Assembly: GCA_964016885.1 (NCBI GenBank)
Contig: OZ024754.1
Span: forward strand, 31,062,001 to 31,126,000
DNA from: Eledone cirrhosa
Lineage: Eukaryota
Length of the DNA: 64,000 nt
Direction: 5' to 3'
Shown: piece by piece, positions 53,093-64,000 of the stretch
Position numbering within the stretch: position 1 is the stretch's first letter
Layout of the letters: each line of letters begins with the position of its first letter
Translations under genes and position numbers: made by a program
Notes under the pieces: generated by a model
Told to the model about the DNA's origin: nothing
Seen by the model: only the letters and a program-made list of their open reading frames with translations
Databases searched by the model: none

Positions 53093-53198
53093 TTACAAGC
53101 TGTTAAAACAATTCTTTATATAGCTCTTACACATGTTTCACCCAGAAGGGTGAAACACGTGTAAGAGCTATATAAAGAATTGTTTTAATGGCTTGTAA
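53093..53198. repeat. Fold-back (~51-bp arms) with hammerhead 3' half
   Basis: TTTCACCC-AGAA-GGGTGAAAC-ACGT-GTA. Confidence 0.92.
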
Positions 53199-53264
53199 CT
53201 CCTTCATTCACTCATTCATTTGCTTATATATATATATATATGATATATATGTATATATGTATAC

Positions 53265-53296
<32 letters not shown>

Positions 53297-53417
53297 GTAT
53301 GTATATATATGTATATATATATGTGTATGTATGTACATATATATATATATGTATATATATATATGTATATATAATATATATATATACATGGATTATATGT
53401 GTGTATATATATATATA

Positions 53418-53476
<59 letters not shown>

Positions 53477-53630
53477 ACACACACACGCATGTGTGTATAT
53501 CATTTATACATGTGTGTGTGTCAACACTAATATCAAATTTTACTGTTCTTCTATTCACAGATATTTCCATTCCAGATTGTTCCACTGTAATTCTTCTTCT
53601 AATAGGAGATCAATGAAAAGAAATACTTAC

Positions 53631-53749
53631 AACCAAGCTGAAGTAAGTTTTGATTCAGCCATTAATTGGGGACCTGGTCTCTTCTGGCGCTTAGATATTG
53701 CCATCCCTCTAGCACCATTTGAAATCAGTTTTTCAGAATGGCATCGCAA
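53631..53749 (-). CDS. Candidate internal exon of an unidentified host gene
   Basis: CTACTAG| acceptor, 119-nt open frame [39 protein letters not shown], |GTAAGT donor; non-repetitive sequence. Confidence 0.35.
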
Positions 53750-54487
53750 CTAGTAGAGAATTCTGGAAACTTCTAAATTCCAATAATAAATCTCAAATGA
53801 AAGGTATGAGTATTTTGTTTATTGGTTTCTATTTTGAAAATTTGTAAATTTTTTCCTGTAACTCTTGAAACTTTTGAAATAAAAACCTTATATCTACTTA
53901 AGTCTTTTATTGTGATTCTTTAGTTATAAATCTTAGATTTTCCAGCAATCTACTCCACGATACACATAGACAGATATATGTTCTTGTGTGTATCTACATA
54001 TATACTATATATATATATATATATACTATATATATATATATATATCATAAATCATGTCTTTAGAATTATTAGATAAAATATATACCGTTTCTTCTTCCAA
54101 TTAGCATAATTAACCATATAAAAAATCAATTAGACCAAGCTATAAGAAGAAAGGCTCTTATGAAGAAATCTTCGACAAATAACCGAAAGTGGCCTCTTCG
54201 CGGTGGCCCCAATATAGTATATTTATCCAACATTTCGACAGCATGTGGAAACTGACTAAATATATCATCAACCATACACAATTAGGTGTAAAATTAAACT
54301 TAGAAGAAATGTGTACATACCGTAATTATATCTCTACCATGGTTTCATCCGTATTTTTAGACATCCAATTAATAGGAATGTCCTGAGTTAGGATTCATCA
54401 GGAGACAAACTCAAAATCAGACATCTAGTTTTTCAACCTGATCACGCCAAAATTAGATTAAAAAATGGCTAAGAATCAGTATGTGGC

Positions 54488-54548
<61 letters not shown>

Positions 54549-54894
54549 TATATATAAATCAGGAAAGAAGGTCTACATGGCCCGCCACACAAAAAAGTTT
54601 TTAATCACAGTTTTTTTTCACCTAAGTGGACTGCATTTAACTATTATTTGGTAATCCGTATATACTATATATATATATATATACTATATATATATATATA
54701 TTTATACTATATATATATATATATTTATACTATATATATATATATATTTATACTATATATATATATATATTTATACTATATATATATATATTTGAATATA
54801 TATAACAAAGAGGGTGTGGAAAGATACCAGGTGGACCATAACACACCAGAGTACTCAATACTTAGAGTAGCAAAGTGAGTAATATGAGAAGAGG

Positions 54895-54993
54895 CAGGAC
54901 TCCGACAGCTGAGCTTTGGCCATTTCGACAGCTAGATCTGAATGGTTTGGATCTAGCTGTCGAAACGGCCGGAGCTCAACCGTTGGGGTCCTG
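54895..54993. repeat. Fold-back (~45-bp arms); the family is also at 43895-44035
   Basis: TTTCGACAGCTAGATC...GATCTAGCTGTCGAAA. Flank 54805-54900 is the reverse complement of 43935-44035. Confidence 0.85.
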
Positions 54994-55038
54994 ACCCTTT
55001 TCATATAAATATATATATATATGTATATATATGTATAA

Positions 55039-55258
55039 GTGAAGGCGTGTGGCTGAGTGGTTAGAGAATTGGATTCGCAATCGTATGGTTGTGAGTTCGA
55101 TTCCTGGACCAGGCGATGCGTTATGTCCTTGAGCAAGACACTTTATTTCACGTTGCTCCTTCTACCTGGAGTTGCGACCGATAGATAGTATTAGCAATTG
55201 GAAAGACCAACGGAAACATTGTTCCCTTGGTCCGATTTGACGAAAGTCGATCGTTCCT
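55039..55258 (+). mobile_element. SINE family S3
   Basis: Matches 31423-31643. Confidence 0.88.
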
Positions 55259-55271
55259 TTTTTTTTATATG

Positions 55272-55635
55272 TATAAATAAATTGAGAGAGAGACTAAGCA
55301 TAAGACAAATCAAATGTTGCATGCAAGAGAGGAGGTTGCATTGGCATGGACATGTGATGCGTATGAAGGATGACAGCTGCATAAAAAGGTGCAGAGCACT
55401 AGAAGTCGATGGAAGCCTTGGAGTGGGGAGAACAAAGAAGACCTGGGATGAGGTGATAAAAGCTGATCTTGTCCAGTTGCACCTTTCAAATGACACAGGA
55501 CCGAGACCTCTGGCATTATGCAATAATACAGAAGACCCGACTTCCCACGAGTACAAGCTCAAGCTTAACCATATAGACAGTATTCCCCCATCCCCTCCCA
55601 CTGTAAAGTTGTCATGTAGGTGTCACGACAAAAGT
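55272..55635 (+). mobile_element. RTE 3' fragment
   Basis: QERRLHWHGHVMRMKDD...GRTKKTWDEVIK; homologous to 49950-50300. Confidence 0.85.
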
Positions 55636-55959
55636 AAGTATATATATCTATATCTATATGTATAAATATGTATATGTAAATATGTGTGTATATATATGTG
55701 TATATATATATATATATATGTGTGTGTGTATATACATATATATGTGTGTGTGTGTATTGTGTATATATGTATATATATATATATACATGTATATATATAT
55801 ATATGTGTGTGTGTATTGTGTATATATGTATATATATATATGTATATATATATATATACATGTATATATATATGTGTGTGTGTGTGTGTATTGTGTGTAT
55901 ATGTATATATATATATGTATATATATATATACATGTATATATATATGTGTGTGTGTGTA

Positions 55960-56210
55960 TCTAAAGTCTAAAGTCTGTCTTAAGCCAGAAGGCTTATTCC
56001 CGTTTCATGGCATGAAGCGACTGAGATTACAAGACTTCCCCCTGGACAGGACGCCAGTCCATCGCAGGGTTAAACTTCCAGCTATTGCTGGTACTCATTT
56101 CCAGCTGAGTATACTGGAGCAACGTGAAATGAAGTGTTTTGCTCAAGAACACAACACCCAGCCCAGGAATTGAACCCACGACATTATGATCATAAGTCCA
56201 ACACTCTTAT
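55960..56210 (-). mobile_element. Meta-domain-like SINE
   Basis: The minus strand reads AACCCTGCGATGGACTGGCGTCCTGTCCAGGG...CAGTCGCTTCATGCCATGAAACGGGAATAAG with a (GACTTTA) tail. Confidence 0.75.
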
Positions 56211-56654
56211 CTCCAGAGATATTAGCTTATAATGTGCTTGTATATAACCTTATAATGGTGATAGATGGAATAATCAAGAAGGGATTTCATTATTTCATTC
56301 TTAATGAATCTCCTATTCAGTGTCTAATTAACCCTTTTGATATCAACCCAGCCAAAAATAGGCTCTGATTCAATTATATAAAACCAGCCATTTTAAACGA
56401 TAACTATATAATATAAAATTTAATTCTTCCTACATGATTTTATATAAGAAACATTATGCTAATATTCCTCTTCGTCAATTGTTATTAGCTTTCTCTGATA
56501 CAAGTGTTGGACAATCATACGTTCAATCTTAGTAATGGAATAATTAATAATTTTAATAAACGGCTCCAAATTCTTCATTAATTAATTGAAATAAAATTTA
56601 TTTCTTTAAAAGTGTTCGTTTTTTATTCTAAACAATGTTATTGTCTTCTCAACT

Positions 56655-58460
56655 CATATGTAGATAACACAGCTCTATGTAAAATAACACACAGCTGTGT
56701 AAAATAACACACAGCTGTGTAAAGTAACACACCTCTGTGTAAGATAAGACACCTCTTTATAATATAACACACTGCTCTGTAAAATAATACACTTCTATGT
56801 AAAATAACACACTGCCATGTAAAATAGCAAACCGCTATGTAAAATAATACACAGCTGTGTATGATAATACAACTCTGCATGAAATAACACACAACTGTGT
56901 AATGTAATATAATGTAACACACCTCTTTATAAAAAGATAACACACCTCTTTATAAAATACACACCTCTTTATAAAATACACACCTCTTTATAAAATACAC
57001 ACTTCTTTATAAAATAATACACTGCTGTGTAAAATAACACACTGGTGTATAAGCTAACACACTGATGAATAATATAATACACCTTTGTGTAAGATAACAC
57101 ACCCCTGTATAAAATAACACACAGCTGTGTAAAATAACACACTGCTGTCTAAGATAACACACCTCTTTATAAAATGATACACTGTGGTGTAAGGTAACAT
57201 GCCTCTATGTAAAATGCTGTGTAAAAATAACACAATTCTTTATAAAATAACTCACTGCTGTGTAAAATAACACACCTCTTTATAAACTAACACACTGCTG
57301 TGTAAAATAACAAACATCTGTGTAAGATAACACATATCTATGTAAATAGCACACTGATGTGTAAGATAACACACCTCTGTGTAAAATAACACACTGCTAT
57401 GTAAGATGACACACATCTGTGTAAGATAACATACATATAAAATAACACACTGCTGTCTATGATAATACACCGCTGCATAAAATAACTGCTCCTGTGTAAA
57501 GTAACACACCTCTGTGTAAGATAACACACCTTTTTGTGAGATAACACACTTCTGTGTCAGATAACACACCACTGTCTAAGATAACACACATCTATGTAAA
57601 GTAATACACCTTTCTGAGCGATAATACACCTCTGTGTAACACACATCTATGTGTAAGGTAGCTCACACCTGTGTAAGATAACACATTATTGTGTAAGGTA
57701 ACACACTATTTTGTAAGGTAACACACCACTGTGTTAGGTAACACACTATTTTGTAAGGTAACACACTATTTTGTAAGGTAACACACCACTATGTTAGGTA
57801 ACACACTATTTTGTAAGGTAACACTACTGTCTAAGGTAACACCTCTGTGTAAGATAACACCACTGTGAAAGGTAACACCACTGTGTAAGGTAACACACCA
57901 CTGTGTAAGGTAACACACCACTGTGCAAGGAAACACACCCCTGTGTAAGATAACACACCCCTGTGTAAGATAACACACTATTTTGTAAGGTAACACACCA
58001 CTGTGTGAGATAACACACTATTGTGTAAGCTAATACATCACTTTGTAAGTTAACACTACTGTATAAGGTAACACACCACTGTGTAAGGTAGCATACTACT
58101 ATGTTAAATAACACACCACTGTGTAAGGTAACATACCCCTGTATAAGGTAACACACCATTGTGTAAGATAACACACCACTGTGTAAGGAAACACACCACT
58201 ATGTAAGGTAACATACCACTATGTTAAATAACACACCACTGTGTAAGGTAACACATTACTGTGTAAATTAACACTACTGTGTAAAGTAACACAGCACTGT
58301 ATAAGGTTACACACCTCTGTGTAAGGTAGCATGCTACTATGTTAAATAACACACCACTGTGTAAGGTAACACACCCTTGTGTAAGTTAACACTACTGTGT
58401 AAGGTAACACACCCCTGTGTAAGTTAACACTACTGTGTAAGGTAACACACCACTGTATAT
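56655..58460. repeat. Degenerate 20-bp satellite (~1.8 kb)
   Basis: CTGTGTAAGGTAACACACCA-like units. Confidence 0.93.
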
Positions 58461-58942
58461 AAGGCTGAATTATTTTTAACTCTTTAGTATTCACATTACT
58501 CTTTCATGGTAAATGTTTATCTCACATAATATCTCACATAATATCGAATCTATGAGATTTTGAAAGTATTTATTTTGAGAATAATACCTTAACATCAGTT
58601 TGAGTGACCAGTTACAGCCAGTTTCAACAGAAAAGGGTAGAGAATTCTGGCCGGTTTGAACATTAAAGGATTAAACCATTTTAAAATTTTTAGAAGATTG
58701 AAACTGAAAAGACTAGAAAGTAATAGCGACAATGATATATCATTGTTGCTAGAAACTTGTGTAATACAATTGTGTGTAAATGTCAGTTTTGTTGATATAA
58801 GCAGCCACCCTCAAATTGTCCTACTTTTAGTAAAACCTTTATAAGGTGTAGGAAACAAAGAATCATTTTATAGTTGTATCTAAATCTACAAAAAATGTTC
58901 AACCTTTATATAAATATATAAAACACTGATTTTATTGATATA

Positions 58943-59235
58943 GGTCTTAGTCTTAGGTTCTTCTGCACCTTTCGGTACATCGAGCAGTTAGTAGTTGCCA
59001 ATGATCACGATCAGCAGTGGCTTTTTTGCGTCCATGCCAAGTGATGTTGACTGCCATCAAGTCTTTTTGAAACGTTCATTGCTGCCAGGTGAAGTCCAGT
59101 TCATCGCCGTTTTCAAGTGTTATTCATTTGACAGGCACAGAATATTGCCGGTCAGGTGGTACTGGCACTCCATAACCACCCTCTGCAGCGTTCATGACTT
59201 GGCTCTCCACAGGATTTCCTCGTTTCACACTAGAT
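58943..59235 (-). mobile_element. RTE-like 3' fragment
   Basis: FKKDL..VNITW..ADRDHWQLL..RC motif and a (CTAAGA) tail. Confidence 0.6.
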
Positions 59236-59244
59236 AGACTCCAA

Positions 59245-59850
59245 GAAAATGTTCTGCATTTGGTAAAACCTGTATTAAATGTGGAAAATATAATGATTTT
59301 AAGGCAGTAGGTAAATCTAGAAAGAGGTATGTTTTATTATGTCACCAGGGCCTTTACAAAAATAATATCAGGCTATGTTATTTTGAGGCAAAGAACCATT
59401 ATATATTGAACAAACAGTGGTAGTGAGGTAGAGCAAATTGTGAAGGTTTATAGGAAAGGTTACTTCCAAAAGGAATAACTGAGCCCTTTTTTTAGTGATT
59501 CTAAGAAAGGCAGGATGAAAGGTGACAGAATATGTGGAAAGAATAACGGAAGAAAAAGAAGCCTTTAACTACTAAATCTACAAGAAAGTTTTCAACCTTT
59601 ATCATTCTTTATCTAATATAAAACTCTGATTTAATTGATATAGGCAGGCTTCATGAAAATGTTCTGCATTAGATAAAACCTGTATTAAATGTGGAAAATA
59701 TAATGGCAGTATGTAAATCTAGAAAAAGGTTTAGGAAATTAAAAAGGGAAGCTTCTGAAAGTATTTTTGAGACACTGCAATACAGAAACCTAATAATATT
59801 TACTTTAAGATGCAAATTGACACTGGCACTCAGGTAACTATATAACACCT
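59245..59850 (+). mobile_element. Decayed Gypsy-like gag knuckle (duplicated) and protease remnant
   Basis: KCSAFGKTCIKCGKYNDFKAV at ~59248, again at ~59657, and FKMQIDTGTQVTI at ~59805. Confidence 0.55.
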
Positions 59851-60869
59851 GATAATTTCTCGATGGATTTGAATAAACCCAACATTTAGAAAGAAAATGT
59901 CATCTCAAACTAAAACAATTTGATGTAGAATTCAGCGAAATTTGGGGGAAAATTTGATGCATTAATGGAAATAAAGAATGGATGCTGTAAAAGACATTGT
60001 TTTTGAATTGTCAAAAACAACAAAACAGAAGAAATCATAACTTGTTTGGTGTGGATGTGATGACTGTTGAGAGTTGAACAGTAATTCATGAAATTGAAGC
60101 TCAAAGACAATTGAGGGAATTAAAAGGATTTAAGGCTAACATTCATCATCATCATCACCACCACCATCATCATCACCATCCTCATTATCCTCATCATCAT
60201 CACTATCATTATCACCATCATCATCATCACCACCACCATCATCATCATCATCATCATCACCACCATCATCATCACCACCATCACCACCATCACCACCATC
60301 ATCATCATCATCATCACCACCATCATCATCACCATCCTCATTATCCTCATCATCATCACTATCATTATCACCACCACCACTACCACCACCACCACCATCA
60401 TCATCCCCATCATCATCATCCTGTGCTTTTTGTCATGGCACCTTTAGAAGCACCTTACAGAGTAGACTGGGTGCTTTTTGTCGTGGCACCAGCACTACCA
60501 TCTTACAGGATGGACTGGATACTTTTGTAGTTGTACCAGCACTATCACTTTACAAGGTGCACTGGGCATGTTTTATTATGTCACCAGCATCTTTACAAAA
60601 GTAATAACAGGCCATGTTATTTTGAAGCAAAGAACCATTATGAGTAGATATTGGACACCCAGTGGTAGTGTGGTCGAGGAAATTGTGAAGGTTTTTTGGA
60701 GAGGTTTCTTCCAGAAGAAATTAATGAACCCTTCTTTTAGTGATCGTGTGAAAGGCTAGATGAGAAGGGACAGAGAATACGTGGAAACAAAAATAGAGAA
60801 AAAAGAGCCCTTAACTACTATAGATATGAATCAACAAGATCCCAGACTTCACTTACCAAGTGGGGTGGA

Positions 60870-61068
60870 ACTCATCAAATTGGACCATGGAAACAATGTT
60901 TCCATTGGTCTTTCCATTGCTGATACTATCTACTGGTTGCAACTCCTGACAGAAAAAGCAACATGTAAATAAGTGTCTTGCTCAAGGACATAGTGCATCA
61001 CCCAGTCCAGGAATCAAACTCACAACCTTATGATTGTGAATCCAATTCTCTAAGCACTAAGCCACTAA
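60870..61068 (-). mobile_element. SINE family S3 (older copy)
   Basis: Homologous to 31423-31643. Confidence 0.75.
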
Positions 61069-62020
61069 GCCTTAACTTTCGATTGACTCATAGGTGTGTT
61101 ATGTTAAAGATGTAGCATGTTTTGAACATTTAAAACATGTCAGAACCCATCACTCTTCATGTCTGAAAACAGCTGATTTATTCCAGGGAATGATAGAGAG
61201 AAAGTGAGAAGAAGGTATAGAGGAAGAATCAACCCTAGTATTGGACTGGTATTTTATTTATTAACCTCAAAAGGATGAAAGGTAAAATTGACCGTGGCAG
61301 AATTTGAACTTAGTGTGCAGAAAGCTGAAACAAATACCAAATCATTTAATGTGATGCTTGCAAAATTCTACCAAATTTGTCACTAAGGAAGACTATAAAG
61401 GATGTGTAAATGAAAATTTTTTTCAGATTCTTATCCAACTCCAAATATTGAATCAATAATTCTTTCTATTTCTGGCATGAATTATTCTGCTAAATTCTAT
61501 TATATCATCATATAGAAATGCTCTGAAGCAAAAGAAGTTACCATGATAAATACACTGATATGTATTTTAAAATAGCTCTATCTTCTATAGAGAATTAGAA
61601 CAGTGAGTACTGTTTCAGGGAAGAATTCAGCAAGTCATAAGGAAATATCATTGATAATGTCATTGTTTAAGTAACTAATTTATGTAATACACGTGGATGG
61701 TGATTGCTAGGAGAAGAAATGACCAGAAATCTTAGCGGAAGGAAGCTACAGTAGAGGAAGACCAAGGAAGACCTGGCAGAGATTGTGAGAAGTGATTTCA
61801 ACTCAATGAAACTCACAGTGGAGATGACAAAGGATCACGTGTGGAGGGATGCTGTGCTGAACAGAACATGATCATTCTATGCAAGCATGGAGAAATGGTC
61901 ATGAAAACAATATTGATGATGATGATGATGATGCGATGATGATGATGATAAACAGATCAACATTTTTTTTTATTGTGTCCAACACAGTATTTTAAATAAT
62001 TCAAATGTAGACTCAATAGA

Positions 62021-62762
62021 ACATCATCATCATTTCATTTTACGTCCGCTTTTCCCTGCTTGCAAGGGTGGGACGGGAACTGATTTTGGCTTGATGCCCT
62101 TCCTAACACCAACCTCATTTACAGTGAGTGCTGGGTGCTTTTTTGCCGTGGCACCTGCACGACCACTTTGCAGTGGAATGATATGGACCCCAGTCCCTAT
62201 CATCTCGTTTCTACAGCTGAGTAAACTGGAGCAATGTGAAATAAAGTGTCTTGCTCAAGGAAACAACACATCACCCGGTCTGAGAATTGAACTCACAACC
62301 TTTCGATTGCAAGGCCAATGCTCTAACCACTAAGCCATGTGCCTCCATATATTAGATAATTTAATGTAGATAAACCTACATATATCATCATCATCATCAT
62401 CATTTCCTTTTACGTCCGCTTTTCCCTGCTTGCAAGGGTGGGACGGGAATTGATTCTGGCTTGATTTCTACAGCTGGATGCCCTACCTAACACCAACCTC
62501 ATTTTACAGTGAGTGCTGGGTGCTTTTTTCTGTGGCGCCTACATGTCCATTTTACAGTGTGGGCTGGGTGCTTTTTTGCCGTGGCACCTCCACGACCACT
62601 TTGCAGTGGAATGATAGGGACCCCAGTCCCTATCATCTCATTTCTACAGCTGAGTAAACTGGAGCAATGTGAAATAAAGTGTCTTGCTCAAGGAAACAAC
62701 ACATCACCCGGTCTGAGAATTGAACTCACAACCTTTCGATTGCAAGGCCAATGCTCTAACCA
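62021..62762 (-). mobile_element. Two tandem S1 SINEs (62021-62346; 62385-62762, 5' clipped)
   Basis: Both match 7482-7816. Confidence 0.9.
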
Positions 62763-62763
62763 G

Positions 62764-62987
62764 TAAAGATGCTGATGTTACATAAATCATTTATTCATTA
62801 TAATTATTTCAACGGTTCTCCCATGCAATCAAGATGTAATTCGATTCTGCGATATGCCGCCGGCAGGAAAAACACATTCTTTTCATCTGAGGACAGTAAC
62901 AAATACATGAATTACATCTTGATTGCATGGGAGAACCGTTGAAATAATTATAATGAATAAACGATTTATGTAACATCAGCATCTTTA
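62764..62987. repeat. Inverted repeat (~78-bp arms, ~67-bp spacer)
   Basis: 62764-62841 versus 62909-62987; contains GAAAT-AATT-ATA. Confidence 0.92.
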
Positions 62988-63002
62988 TTAATGTTATTAT
63001 TA

Positions 63003-63592
63003 TGAATTGGCAGTATCGGTAGAGAGTTGGACGCCATGCTTTCTAGCATAGTTACGTCCCTTTACAGTCTGAGTTCAAATCCCGCCGAGGTTAACTTTGC
63101 CTTTCATCCTTACGGGGTCGATAAAATAAAAGTACCAGTAATGTACTGGGTAATTGCTGGCCTATAGTGCCTAATGTAGAAACAATTATTCTACTGAATC
63201 TCCATCATAACTACAAACTACGAATGTTGAGAGCTTTCTCCTGCTTGCTCCTGTTTTTACCAAAACTATCTCTTTGGAACACAATATATACATATATATA
63301 TACATAAATTATCCTGCGTTGGTTTTCTCGTTGCTTTGGTCCTTGCGGCTGGCTCACCAGTCGCAATCTTCAATTTGTCAAGCTGTCTAAACATAATGTT
63401 ATTATTTGGATTGGCAGTATCGGTAGAGGGTCGGACGCCATGCTTTCTAGCATAGTTACGTCCCTTTACAGTCTGAGTTCAAATCCCGCCGAGGTTAACT
63501 TTGCCTTTCATCCTTACGGGGTCGATAAAATAAAGTACCAGTAATGCACTGGAACAATTGCTGGCCTTGTGCCAAAAGTAGAAACAATTATT
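63003..63592 (+). mobile_element. Two S2 SINEs (63003-63190, 63408-63592)
   Basis: Both match 47729-47920. Confidence 0.88.
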
Positions 63593-63833
63593 TAGAAATA
63601 CGAAATTTCTATACATATTGTATAAAGCTATGCTTGAAGCAAAATCTTATTTCTTTTATATATATATATGTATGTATTTATGTACTCAGAGAAGGCGAAG
63701 TATTGTAACAACATGCAGCTTCGTTCGTCTCAGGGTAAAAAAAAACATAAACACACTTTTTTCTTCTCTGTTTTTTCTTTGATTGTTTCCTTAAAGTTTA
63801 CCATCATTCTGTTGGTTTACATCTATTGCGCAA

Positions 63834-63896
63834 TTTACACCTGAAGATGTCACCAGGTTCTTAGGCAACCTGGTCACTGAAATGGGCATAGTATTT
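63834..63896 (+). ncRNA. Type I hammerhead-like motif
   Basis: CUGAAGA-U-GU.ACCAGGUU(cuuaggc)AACCUGGU.AC-U-GAAAU-GGGC-AUA|GU; stem I is short. Confidence 0.55.
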
Positions 63897-64000
63897 ACAG
63901 AAATAAATAATTAAGGAAATTCAACATATTTGGCCTCCTGTCATTTCACGTTATAATATATATAGTGTTAGAAGGTAAGGGGACACAAACAAGAGATGAG

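Noticed and set aside
12828-62987. Fold-backs as library chimeras or as classical MITE TIRs
   Set aside because: Not fully excluded. However, the arms show age-graded substitutions, recur as families, are asymmetric (one arm continues into a tail) and show no shared TIR/TSD signature.

Overview
This is a eukaryotic, AT-rich, gene-poor window crowded with microsatellites and mobile elements. The SINE types and repeat landscape suggest an octopus or other cephalopod intron or intergenic region, but that is inference. The only convincing long coding unit is an apparently intact CR1-group LINE at about 34.87-39.15 kb. Its ORF1 has a Myb/SANT-like start, polyQ and two CCCH fingers. Its ORF2 (APE + RT) lacks an AUG before the endonuclease and overlaps ORF1 in the -1 frame across two canonical slippery heptamers. 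The window also holds fragments of R4/Dong, Tx1/L1, RTE, CR1 and Gypsy elements, at least four tRNA-derived SINE families, TTAA MITEs and many minisatellites. The most unusual signal is a set of about 17 fold-back (inverted-repeat) units with 35-200 bp arms, mostly embedded in (TA)n tracts. Many carry complete or partial type I hammerhead ribozyme cores (CUGAnGA-stem II-GAAA-palindromic stem III-UH), with structure-preserving changes between copies. This fits a swarm of non-autonomous Penelope-like/retrozyme-type elements whose hairpin apex often falls in ribozyme stem II. Most ORFs in the supplied track are simple-repeat artefacts. All alignments and folds were done by eye.
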